This document shows positions 37,918-46,976 of a stretch of DNA of 64,000 nucleotides, one piece after another (within the stretch, counting starts at the first letter, position 1; each line of letters begins with the position of its first letter). Source of the DNA: a virus; the IMG/VR virus record IMGVR_UViG_3300009514_000006, positions 32,001 to 96,000 of that record, one strand, 5' to 3'. The notes beneath the pieces are model-generated. The model made no database searches. It was not told the DNA's origin and was given only the letters and a program-made list of their open reading frames with translations. The position numbers and the translations under genes were made by a program.

Positions 37918-40900
37918 TTACGCAAGCTCAACACCTTCACCGATTTGGATTAGCATCTTGGGGGACGCGCTTCCGTCAGTCAAAATACCCACTCGTGTAA
38001 CACGCACACCAGAGGCAACAGGCGGGGTGAACGTATATTCACCATTAGTTGTGTTACTAACATATACACGTTTACCTACATCAGCTGCCGTAGGAGCGGA
38101 ATCGAACAAAGACACATCCAGGGACACCTCACCCGACACCACAATTATGGCCGGATCTGAGGCAGAGTAGGCAGCCTTTGCGACACCTACAGGTTGTTCC
38201 CGCTCTCCGCCTTCATCTGGGTCCGCCAAGAAGGCTTTAGGCGAACCTCCATCATTATCCATAGCTACCAGGGCTCCAGCAACCATAGTCTCTCCAGCTA
38301 CGGTAGAGAAAGTGACTTCAAAACCAGCGTTCTCCCAAGTAGCAACGCCAGTCGCATCCGAGGTCAGAACCTTACCCGCTCCCGGAGTACCTGTGTTAGG
38401 CAGCTCCAAAGTACCACCGAGGTAGGTTCGACCACCCACTACATGAATAGCATCAGCAATCGTACCGGTCGGAGTGTTCACATAGATACCATAGTTATTA
38501 GTAGCAGCAGTCAAGTCGCCTACATAAAAGCCATATTGGTTGGTAAGAGTAACCGATCCAGAGTTAACAAAGTTAGCAGCATAGAAATCCGCAGAACCAG
38601 TAATAGCACCAGTAGAACCAGATTCTGCGCCACCACTAGATTGGACACCACGAATACCGACAGCACCAGTCCAAGCTTGGGTATTGGAGGCACTAACAAG
38701 TGACTCCGCTCTAACACCAAATTGCTGCCCAGCATAAGCACCTGAAGTATGACCCACTACCGGACCAAAGTAACCACCTTCAGTACTACTAACGTCATCC
38801 GAAAACTTATGATAGTTATAGTTAATAGCCTGGTCAAAAACGAGACCATCACCCAATGAGAAACCAGCAAGATTTCCTGTGGTTCTACGCCCCTTTACGC
38901 GCAGGTTACCGTCAGTTTGGGCAGGTCCATTTTTAACATGAAGAGGGATACTATTAGTGACAACAACGCGATCGGTGCTTGAGGTTTGCAGGGTGATGTC
39001 ACCAGCGGCATCAACGATTACATCCTCAGCCGAATTAAAGTCTAGGTCACCTGAGGTGATTGTCTCGACAGTTAGAGTAGCCCCGTTTACCGACAAGTTA
39101 GAAGCACCAGTACCATCAATAGAGATTGATCCACCGTCGATAAGAACATTACCAGCAGAGTTTATATCTACGTCGCCCGAAGTAAGGGTCTCTAAAGACA
39201 AATTACCAGAAGTTACACTAACATTGGAAGCTCCCGTTGAGTCCAACGACATAGAGCTACTAGACAGCATGTCAAAAGTGCCGGTAACGTCAACATCCAA
39301 ATTTGCACCAGCATTGACATCCATCAAGCCGCCACTAGTAAGGGTGATTACATCAGAGGTTACGGTACCGATGTTAATATCCCCAACCGTACCACCAACA
39401 GTGGTACCAGCTTGAATCGATACGTTACCACCATCACCGGTACCCGTAGTGGCTGCGCCACCAGTGAGAATCAGGGCACCACCAGCTCCGGTACCTACAC
39501 CACCACCAGCAGCAACCGTAAGGGCACCACCAGCAGTGTCAGCAGTAGTAGAGTCAGCAACATCAATACGATGAGCAAGTTCTTTAGCGAATACCTGATC
39601 CGCAAGGAGTTGGAATTCGGTAGGAGTAACATTAAGGATATCAGTACCGTCGTCCTTCTCAATTCGGAACAAGTCACCAACCGGAGTCGCGTTATCTTGA
39701 ACAACAATAGCGCCATCAGTGGCGTTCAACTCGAAGTGAACACCAGCTGTGTTACCAGTATCGGGGCCATTGGTATAGGCATCTTGCAGAGTAAAGTTGC
39801 CACCAGAAATAGCTGCATCAAGTTGCTCAAGGGCTTCCTGGACACTTCGATCGGTAAGAGAGATATTGTTCAAAGCCGAAGTATCAACACCGATTGCATC
39901 AGCACCGACAGTAGCATTAGAAGTAGAGTTGTCGCTCAACTTTACAGCAGTACCAGTAGGCGAACCAGTAACGATACCTTGTTGGTAGACGTCGATAGCG
40001 ATAGCAGCTGCTCTACCGAAGGTCAGAGTACCCGATGAAGTACCACCAATCGACAGGGCACTTGCGCCAGTGGCGTCAAGGGCAAAGGCCCCATCCGTAG
40101 TAAACGAAGTCAGATTCTGAGTGAGGGTCTGATCCCAGCCGGCTCCCGTGTACAGGTAGATAGAGTTACCGGTCTCATCATAAACTAGATGACCTTCGCC
40201 TGAGGGCGTGCTCGTGGGGGCACCGCTAACACCAGTAACCTTAAATAGGTCAGTAGATCCAGTACCTTGTGCCGACTGCATATAGATACTGCCCGTAACC
40301 GCGTTACGAGCGGAGTTACCCGCCAGCAACATGTACTGGGTGTGATCGTCGTTTCCAAGTCCCGAAAGGTTACCGTGAACACTAGCCGAGGCAGCCGTGA
40401 ACACATCCGTAAACACAGACTGTACCTGAGTGGCCGTGCTCGCACCATTTTGGAATATGATTCGACCAATCAATTTAGTCAGAATCGTCTGATGGGTAGC
40501 GATAGTTGCAGGAGCATCGGCGGCTTCAGCAGCCGCAGCACTAGGATACTCGGCTTGACCATAGTGCATGTACAAATCACCGTCAGGGTCAAGATAGAAC
40601 CAAAGGTTACTATAAAAACCGGCGGTCATAGCCACTAGACCAGTAGCGATGTCGTTGTACTGGGTATTTGGCCATTGGGTCACGTCTGCAGTGGTCCAGG
40701 TCGAGCCGCTGTCTGCGGTGTAGTAGGTCCTAAAAGTTCCCGACACACTAGTATCAATAGCGCTAATCGAAAAGCGGTTCAACCGATCCCACAAAGCACC
40801 AGCAGACACCGTTACGTTGCGCGTACCAGTCTCGCCAAGAATAAGACCACCGCTACGATTGTCACGAGTAAAGGGCATAGTCTCATATGCCCTACGAATC

Positions 40901-42426
40901 ATGAAACCAGCGTGATCACCAACTGCCTGCTCATTTTGTAGAATATTGGCGTTTTCTCCGCTAACTTTAACAACCGTTCCCAGAGGGAACTCAGTATTGT
41001 AGTCCCAAACATTACTAGTCTTGGTAATAACTTGGGGGCTGCCAGCGTTATACTCAACACCAATATAAGAGACTTCGGCGGGAAGAGTGATGTCATCGGA
41101 GGACGGCCAATCAAAGAAAAGAAGGTCACCTGTACGGCTATTCGTGGTACGGATGAAACCAGTACCAGCAGCCACATCAATCTGTGTCTCTGGGTCGGTC
41201 CCGCCAGTAATGGCACCGCCACTCGACCAACCGGCAGAGTGGAAAATGTTTTGCATATCCTGAACGGTTCTGTAAGTAGACCCCGAAATATTGTCAGCAA
41301 GAACACCATCAGCGAACTTAACTTCATTAAGAGCACCGACAATAGACGTAGCCGTATACTCAGTATCCAAAACAACAGAACCACTCTGGTTCAAAGTAAT
41401 AGCCGCAGCGTTACCCTGTCCACCAAAGGTGATGTTCCCGGAACCGGCATTTACAACCACTGCCGAAGCGGCCACATTCAAATAATCAGTGGTTCCAGCA
41501 TTGTCCTGAACAGCGAACAGAGTAGTACCCAAGGGGGTAGCGTTATCTCGGAATAAAATAGAACCATCAGTAGAAGTCAGAGTGATGATTGCGTCCGAGC
41601 CATCTGCATCGTTGTTATAAACAGTTTGAAGGCTGGGGCTAGCACCGGCCGTAAGAGCAGCGTCAAGAGCAACGAGAGCCTCTTGAACATCGTTGATGCT
41701 AGTCGAGATGGAAGTGAACGGAGTACCGTACACACCAATAGTGCTCGCGCCGGGGGTGGAGGTGACTGACGACAAGCTGACGTTTACGCCACCGTCAACA
41801 GGGGTGTTAAATATGTTAGTAGTATATGTAGCAGCGCGACCCCAGGTCATGGTCCCCGAAGCAGTTCCACCAACGGTGATATCACCTTCGGCACCGCTAA
41901 CGGTAGTGCCACCATTGATGAGAACATCGCCACCGTCTCCACCACCAGTATTACCGGCACCACCAGTGATAACCAAGTTACCACCATCACCAGTGCCGTT
42001 ACCGCCACCTGGGTTGATGGTGAGGTTACCACCAACAGCATCGGTAGTTGTAGAGGTATCGACAGCGATCGTATGATTGACCTCCTTCAAGAAAGGAAGA
42101 TCGGTAGCAATACGAGCCGTATAGGTAACCAAGTCAGCGGTATCATCACCAAGGTTGATGTTACCGTTCATAGTAGACGTACCAGTAACAGTCTCAGTAC
42201 CGTCTACTTGTAGGTTTCCTTTAACGGTCGTTAAAGTTCCCACTGCACCAATATTGACTGCCGTGGTGGTTGCCGTGGGGCCAATGTTAATAGTAGTAGC
42301 TGTAGTTGCGCCAATAGTCAGCGTTCCGGTAGCAACATCGATACCGTCACCAACAATTAGCGTATCAGTATTAGCCTGCTGGGTTATTACCCCAGTGTTA
42401 ATAATTAACGCTCTTTGTGTAGCCAT
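37918..42426 (-). CDS. Giant fibre (1502 aa) with C-terminal capsid-decoration-like domain
   Basis: Gly/Thr-rich fibre repeats with internal duplications; C-terminal AGETMVAGALVAM...PVGVAK...GKRVYVS...RVG resembles DUF2190/cement-type domains. Confidence 0.7.
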   Translation of the reverse strand: MATQRALIINTGVITQQANTDTLIVGDGIDVATGTLTIGATTATTINIGPTATTTAVNIGAVGTLTTVKGNLQVDGTETVTGTSTMNGNINLGDDTADLVTYTARIATDLPFLKEVNHTIAVDTSTTTDAVGGNLTINPGGGNGTGDGGNLVITGGAGNTGGGDGGDVLINGGTTVSGAEGDITVGGTASGTMTWGRAATYTTNIFNTPVDGGVNVSLSSVTSTPGASTIGVYGTPFTSISTSINDVQEALVALDAALTAGASPSLQTVYNNDADGSDAIITLTSTDGSILFRDNATPLGTTLFAVQDNAGTTDYLNVAASAVVVNAGSGNITFGGQGNAAAITLNQSGSVVLDTEYTATSIVGALNEVKFADGVLADNISGSTYRTVQDMQNIFHSAGWSSGGAITGGTDPETQIDVAAGTGFIRTTNSRTGDLLFFDWPSSDDITLPAEVSYIGVEYNAGSPQVITKTSNVWDYNTEFPLGTVVKVSGENANILQNEQAVGDHAGFMIRRAYETMPFTRDNRSGGLILGETGTRNVTVSAGALWDRLNRFSISAIDTSVSGTFRTYYTADSGSTWTTADVTQWPNTQYNDIATGLVAMTAGFYSNLWFYLDPDGDLYMHYGQAEYPSAAAAEAADAPATIATHQTILTKLIGRIIFQNGASTATQVQSVFTDVFTAASASVHGNLSGLGNDDHTQYMLLAGNSARNAVTGSIYMQSAQGTGSTDLFKVTGVSGAPTSTPSGEGHLVYDETGNSIYLYTGAGWDQTLTQNLTSFTTDGAFALDATGASALSIGGTSSGTLTFGRAAAIAIDVYQQGIVTGSPTGTAVKLSDNSTSNATVGADAIGVDTSALNNISLTDRSVQEALEQLDAAISGGNFTLQDAYTNGPDTGNTAGVHFELNATDGAIVVQDNATPVGDLFRIEKDDGTDILNVTPTEFQLLADQVFAKELAHRIDVADSTTADTAGGALTVAAGGGVGTGAGGALILTGGAATTGTGDGGNVSIQAGTTVGGTVGDINIGTVTSDVITLTSGGLMDVNAGANLDVDVTGTFDMLSSSSMSLDSTGASNVSVTSGNLSLETLTSGDVDINSAGNVLIDGGSISIDGTGASNLSVNGATLTVETITSGDLDFNSAEDVIVDAAGDITLQTSSTDRVVVTNSIPLHVKNGPAQTDGNLRVKGRRTTGNLAGFSLGDGLVFDQAINYNYHKFSDDVSSTEGGYFGPVVGHTSGAYAGQQFGVRAESLVSASNTQAWTGAVGIRGVQSSGGAESGSTGAITGSADFYAANFVNSGSVTLTNQYGFYVGDLTAATNNYGIYVNTPTGTIADAIHVVGGRTYLGGTLELPNTGTPGAGKVLTSDATGVATWENAGFEVTFSTVAGETMVAGALVAMDNDGGSPKAFLADPDEGGEREQPVGVAKAAYSASDPAIIVVSGEVSLDVSLFDSAPTAADVGKRVYVSNTTNGEYTFTPPVASGVRVTRVGILTDGSASPKMLIQIGEGVELA

Positions 42427-42475
42427 TAGTTAGTTCCCCTTAGTCTAATAAGTTAGTATGTTATGCTATCGAAAA

Positions 42476-42706
42476 CTATAGAATTTCCTCGAACCGAAGG
42501 GTGTCTGCTCGCATATGACGCAAACAGCGCTCTTCGGTGATGTCGTATCCTATGTCTTCTCCCACTGCAAAGTAGGTCGCGGGCGGGACTGGGGCTAGTT
42601 CGTGACACGTCCCATCACACCCTCGCATACGAATAAGAACAGTGGGCCCGAAAGAATTACCAGCTCCCAGGCTTCTATTTTCCCCTAAATATTTAAATCT
42701 GGCCAT
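42476..42706 (-). CDS. Small hypothetical virion protein
   Basis: Start MARFKYLGE at 42706 with AGGTAGGT SD; 76 aa. Confidence 0.55.
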   Translation of the reverse strand: MARFKYLGENRSLGAGNSFGPTVLIRMRGCDGTCHELAPVPPATYFAVGEDIGYDITEERCLRHMRADTLRFEEIL

Positions 42707-42752
42707 GGTACCTACCTTTGAAATTAGCCATTTGATTTCCTTCTGTGTAGAG

Positions 42753-43211
42753 TTAAGGCAACAATCTGACAAAATTAAAATCTCTACTCAGCAAAAGTCT
42801 TCCACTTTCAATTCCCACTCCAACAACTTGCAATATAACTATTTCACCAGCATTAGGGAAAGGGGGTATATTAGTAGCCACTCCAGTCTTACTTATCCAA
42901 TACCTAGAATTAGGAATAGTAGGAATAACAGTAGTTTCTCCTGTTAGTCCCTGAACAACACACCTAGTAGGAGTAGACTTTTCGATAATAACCCCTACTG
43001 AAGGCATAGTATTTTCATCCGTAATATCAACAGTGGTTACCTGCGGTATCCCCGCAACTTCTAGACCAGTCGTATACACAAAAGAACCAACTATATCCCC
43101 GGCTAAACAATCTGCTTCAAAGTAATAACCCTTGGCAAGATCTCTCTCATCAGTCGCATTAACGGGCTCAGCTCGACGTATTTGAGAGTGTCTAATTAAA
43201 GTACGGGGCAC
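42753..43211 (-). CDS. Capsid-decoration/cement-like protein
   Basis: PSVGVIIEK...RYWISKTG...P...QVVGVG; similar to the C-terminal domain of the 1502-aa fibre. Confidence 0.5.
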   Translation of the reverse strand: MPRTLIRHSQIRRAEPVNATDERDLAKGYYFEADCLAGDIVGSFVYTTGLEVAGIPQVTTVDITDENTMPSVGVIIEKSTPTRCVVQGLTGETTVIPTIPNSRYWISKTGVATNIPPFPNAGEIVILQVVGVGIESGRLLLSRDFNFVRLLP

Positions 43212-43225
43212 AACATTCCTTCCAT

Positions 43226-43254
43226 AAGATAAAGTGTAACAACAAATTTGTCAA
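43226..43254 (-). promoter_or_regulatory. Sigma70-type promoter at the start of the appendage island
   Basis: TTGACA-17-TATCTT in an AT-rich gap after the neck adaptor stop. Confidence 0.65.
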
Positions 43255-43267
43255 TAAAAATAATAAC

Positions 43268-44707
43268 TTATAGTACTACCATACTAGAACCTCTAAAGGC
43301 TCCTTTAAGCTTAACCAAGTTCATCTCCACCCATTTACGATAGTCTTCAATGGTAGCAGAATAGATACCAAAAGTGGCCGAGGCCGTGTATGACACAGAC
43401 TCACTGATCCCGTCTCGGCTAATACTCTGGGAGGAGAACCCTCCTCGGAAAGCTTGGCCTGCGATGGTAAGAATATCGATAGCAGCTTTCTTGGCTACTA
43501 ACTCGATTAGGACCTCAGGTGTCTCTCTGAACCCTACTATGGCATCGTAATTCCAGAAGTTAGGGATGGGGACTGGACCACGAAGAGACTCCACCCAGAT
43601 CAAACCAATGAAGTTGAAGGCGATCTCTTGGTTAAATGGAACCAATTCCACAAAACCACCCTTCTCATTCGCCTCAACCCACTCTAGGGCGATATCCACA
43701 ATTCTAGTGTTAGATACCTTACCATATAGTTCGTTGAACCTGATCAACGGGTAATAGGGCATCTTAAAATTGATCCAAGCCCCGGCAGAAGCCCTAAAAT
43801 AAGTAACTGCGTCCCTTATCTCATCAAAGTCAGAATTTACGAAAGTAGGAATATCGGTTCCTGAACCGTAGGCTATGCTACCTGCCTCAGTGACCGAATT
43901 AAAATCGGTAATAATCCTAGTAGGCTCAAGAAAGACAGATAGCTCACTATCCTCAAGCCACGATATCTTCTGATCTATAATAGCTCGCATACGCTCCTCT
44001 TCCAAAGGAGCTTTCTCAACAAGAATCTCTTCTGTTATAGAAGAGGTAGGCAATGAAGCGAAATCAATCTTGATGTCAATATAATCAGAGCTAGAACCTT
44101 TTCGTAGTGTGTACCTCTTGCGAGTCGGGCTCAACACCACCAGGGGACCAGCGCACCATGAAAGAGCCTGGACTGTGTTACCCCCATCTTCTGAATAGTT
44201 GTAAGAAAGAGTTATCCAGGACTGGGGGTGGTTGTTCGATACATTTGTTACCTCCACGCCTGTAATATCAACAGGTTGATTATGGACCGCTAGTGTCTCA
44301 GAAGCACGCTGAGTGGTTCCGTGTAGGTAGTCCTTCTTCAACCGAGCAACCGAGATTAGAGATACCCTAAAATCGGAGGATTCAGCATCAATAAGAGGGT
44401 TGGTCTGAGAAAAACAATTTATGAAATATTTACCCCGACGAACCTTTGGTACCATTTCCTGATCCACTATATCAGGAAGATGAAAATCCATGTCCTGAGC
44501 CGTGTTGTCTGCTACGAGGGTCATGGTTTTGGTAGCCACAACAATGTCACGATTTCGTCGGGCCTTCCTCAGTTCTACTGTGATCAATTCTCCTACAGTG
44601 CTAGTACCCGTGGGACTAATAGTGACAATAACTGTATCTCTTTCGGTCTCAAACCGAGAATACTCCTCAAGATCAACAGTTACTGATAATGATGTAGGTG
44701 CTGCCAT
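43268..44707 (-). CDS. Head-tail adaptor / neck protein with N-terminal Ig-like extension
   Basis: C-terminal AAIDILTIAG...GFSSQSISRDGISESVSYTASATFGIYSATI matches the Herelleviridae neck protein pattern (IDG.SESI.TTQSA.YG). Confidence 0.8.
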   Translation of the reverse strand: MAAPTSLSVTVDLEEYSRFETERDTVIVTISPTGTSTVGELITVELRKARRNRDIVVATKTMTLVADNTAQDMDFHLPDIVDQEMVPKVRRGKYFINCFSQTNPLIDAESSDFRVSLISVARLKKDYLHGTTQRASETLAVHNQPVDITGVEVTNVSNNHPQSWITLSYNYSEDGGNTVQALSWCAGPLVVLSPTRKRYTLRKGSSSDYIDIKIDFASLPTSSITEEILVEKAPLEEERMRAIIDQKISWLEDSELSVFLEPTRIITDFNSVTEAGSIAYGSGTDIPTFVNSDFDEIRDAVTYFRASAGAWINFKMPYYPLIRFNELYGKVSNTRIVDIALEWVEANEKGGFVELVPFNQEIAFNFIGLIWVESLRGPVPIPNFWNYDAIVGFRETPEVLIELVAKKAAIDILTIAGQAFRGGFSSQSISRDGISESVSYTASATFGIYSATIEDYRKWVEMNLVKLKGAFRGSSMVVL

Positions 44708-45306
44708 TATGGTATATCTTGAAAGAGGTTAGCGGTTGTTACATTAGGAACAACAAGCTTACGCTTATAGTTAACAGCAGATATAGTTATCTCTACTTGA
44801 GCTAGTCGAATCAGACTAATAAAAAACTCACCAGCAGCATCAGTGGTCACAGATATGCGTCCCCCTGTTAGAACATAATTATTCTGTATGCTAGGAGCGC
44901 CTAGAATTCGGGCGGAGACAGACACCCCCGAAACAGGAGAACCAGCGGGATTCAGAACATGACCACTGATCACACAAGTATTTACAGAGATAGGGGTTGG
45001 GGTTGCTCCCGCTGCTACTACTGTAGAAATGGACACAAATTGAGATACAGAGGCTCCTGTGACCTTAAACAAAAAGGAGCCAAGAGTATCCAACTCGGCT
45101 GCTGTGAAGGCGATGGTGTAGATACCAGATCCCAACTCTACAAAATCAGGAGCCGTAAGGGCTTTATTAGTAAAAGATCCAGCCCCTTCTTTCCGGTACT
45201 GTACTGTCACATCACTATAAACGAGGCCCGTAACAGGGAGCCCTGAGGAGTCGGTTAGTATCGCAATAAGGTCCGCAGCAATACTTTGGGTTACTACATG
45301 GGACAT
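44707..45306 (-). CDS. Two-domain Ig-like virion protein
   Basis: LTDSSGLPVTGL...ELGSGIYTIAF, plus ISGHVLNPAGSPVSGVSVSA...TDAAGEF (carboxypeptidase-regulatory-like). Confidence 0.6.
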   Translation of the reverse strand: MSHVVTQSIAADLIAILTDSSGLPVTGLVYSDVTVQYRKEGAGSFTNKALTAPDFVELGSGIYTIAFTAAELDTLGSFLFKVTGASVSQFVSISTVVAAGATPTPISVNTCVISGHVLNPAGSPVSGVSVSARILGAPSIQNNYVLTGGRISVTTDAAGEFFISLIRLAQVEITISAVNYKRKLVVPNVTTANLFQDIP

Positions 45307-45644
45307 TACTTCCTATCCTCTCTGATAGCTCTGGCTAGTTCCTTATTGTTACCAGCCATTTCTCTAAGAATAATATTTTGGGTCTGTATGGCATCAGTTA
45401 GCTTAGCCACAGATTCTTCAAGAGATCTACGGACATACCACACCTTAACGCCATCATTATCCTCGTGATCGTGCCAATCATGTAACTCGGCTATCTGCCG
45501 AGCCATGATTTCCGTTCGTGCGTCAGAATAATAATTGGTAGTGCCAGAGTCTCCCTTTTTCTTAGCCAGAAAAGTAAGAACTTCCCTAACAAGAAGAAGG
45601 GCTAGGATACCGCCTGTTCCCAGCTGTAAAATCGAGTCAACCAT
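45306..45644 (-). CDS. Membrane-anchored coiled-coil protein (holin/XhlA-like)
   Basis: N-terminal TM LQLGTGGILALLLV, then a helical region; GGAGG SD. Confidence 0.4.
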   Translation of the reverse strand: MVDSILQLGTGGILALLLVREVLTFLAKKKGDSGTTNYYSDARTEIMARQIAELHDWHDHEDNDGVKVWYVRRSLEESVAKLTDAIQTQNIILREMAGNNKELARAIREDRK

Positions 45645-45725
45645 TGATGCCTCCCTATAGCTATTAGGTATGTAGGGAACAATTATACCTATGAAACAAA
45701 CAATACAACTTAACAGAGAGACATT

Positions 45726-45998
45726 CTAACCCTCACCAATTAGAGCTGACCAGTTTACAGTTCCGGTATTAGACCGCACGTAGAAGAAGTGAAACTGGGC
45801 ATCCACATCAAGCGGTGGGTGCCCAGGCAAGATGGAGTAATAATTTCCTCCACCATTAAAACTTACTTCTAGGTTATTGGTACCGTCAAGATTAGCGATA
45901 CGAATGTACTGACCAAGACCTCTGTTTACAGAGACCTTGGTAGGAGTAGTAGTGGCTGCGCCATTAACATGACGCATTTTCATAGGACGAGCAGGCAT
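45726..45998 (-). CDS. Small all-beta virion protein (decoration-like)
   Basis: 90 aa, YIRIANLDGTNNLEVSFNGG; GGAGG SD; downstream of the capsid gene. Confidence 0.45.
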   Translation of the reverse strand: MPARPMKMRHVNGAATTTPTKVSVNRGLGQYIRIANLDGTNNLEVSFNGGGNYYSILPGHPPLDVDAQFHFFYVRSNTGTVNWSALIGEG

Positions 45999-46037
45999 AA
46001 CGCCTCCTTGGGGTAGCTATACTACCCGGTAAAGTCA

Positions 46038-46307
46038 CTACGGAATACTAGGGGCCGCTGCAAGCTCCAGGGTAGCAACCAATTTCCGGAGACCAGTAAG
46101 GTCCACGGCAGCAACCGCATTAAGAGCTGTTTTAATCTCGTTGATAAGATCTTGTTCAGCAGAGGTGTAAGTACCCCCAGCATCAGCGTTAGCAATAGTA
46201 GCCACCTTAAGGCCCTCTACAGCATCAACCAGATTATTCACCTGGAGACGGACTTGCTTAAGTTCCTCGCTGCCAAGATCCGCAATAATTTTCTTAGTAG
46301 TAGCCAT
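46038..46307 (-). CDS. Small helical protein (head-fibre/trimerisation-like)
   Basis: 89 aa with LINEIKTALNA coiled-coil character. Confidence 0.4.
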   Translation of the reverse strand: MATTKKIIADLGSEELKQVRLQVNNLVDAVEGLKVATIANADAGGTYTSAEQDLINEIKTALNAVAAVDLTGLRKLVATLELAAAPSIP

Positions 46308-46338
46308 GATTTATTCCTATCTCGTAAAAAGAGTATTG

Positions 46339-46752
46339 TTAGTTTTTTGTCGCTGCTTTTGCTTCTGCTTTTGCTTCTGCTTTTGCTTCTGCTTTTGCTT
46401 CTTCTTTTGCAACAACTCTTTCGTCGCGTTTAGACTTTCGTCCTGTGGGGACGGGCTTGGGCTCTTCGGACTTAGTCCTTGATGGCTCACTCTTAGGCGT
46501 AGTTTCGACAATATTGGGTTTCTTCTCCTCTTTGACTGCAACCTCTTTTACTTCCTCTTTAACAGGAGTTAAATCAGTTACACCATTCTTCTTTACCAAT
46601 AAAGCAAAGTCATTAGGAGAATAACCGATAGCCTTAACCTCACAAATACCTTTATTGTTAAACTTAAAAACACTGTTACCAACAGTAATAGTGCGACCGG
46701 CTAATCGCTTACACTCTGCCTTCAGAGTGGGAAAATTTTCACTATTATCCAT
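46339..46752 (-). CDS. Post-capsid conserved protein with Lys/Glu-rich tail
   Basis: Start MDNSEN at 46752 with AAAGGAAA SD. Resembles the ORF after the capsid gene in phage K (short beta domain plus charged tail). Confidence 0.6.
   Translation of the reverse strand: MDNSENFPTLKAECKRLAGRTITVGNSVFKFNNKGICEVKAIGYSPNDFALLVKKNGVTDLTPVKEEVKEVAVKEEKKPNIVETTPKSEPSRTKSEEPKPVPTGRKSKRDERVVAKEEAKAEAKAEAKAEAKAATKN
46355..46402. repeat. 12-bp tandem repeat x4 encoding EAKA
   Basis: GCTTTTGCTTCT x4. Confidence 0.95.
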
Positions 46753-46837
46753 TCTATTTCCTTTCAAGTCATTCTCCGCCATTCCAGAGAACACCTGCAA
46801 AACTGACTTGGGCTCCTTTTCAATCATAACTTACCAG

Positions 46838-46866
46838 AGTATACAGATTTTTAGCACATTATACAA
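46838..46866 (-). promoter_or_regulatory. Sigma70-type promoter after the capsid terminator
   Basis: TTGTAT-17-TATACT. Confidence 0.55.
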
Positions 46867-46892
46867 GAACAATTAAACCGCATACGAGAAGC

Positions 46893-46939
46893 AAAAAACC
46901 CCCGGACTTGACTAGTCCAAACAAGACAAGCCCGGGGGT
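46893..46939 (-). terminator. Intrinsic terminator after the major capsid gene
   Basis: 13-bp stem ACCCCCGGGCTTG / CAAGTCCGGGGGT followed by a T-run. Confidence 0.85.
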
Positions 46940-46976
46940 GTTAGTGCAACTAAACTAAGTAACAAGCGCTTAGCTA

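Noticed and set aside
38194-41556. Plus-strand ORFs within the 1502-aa fibre
   Set aside because: Antisense shadows of a Gly/Thr-rich gene.
46317-46541. QK-repeat 74-aa ORF
   Set aside because: Alternate-frame reading of the 12-bp EAKA repeat of the real gene.
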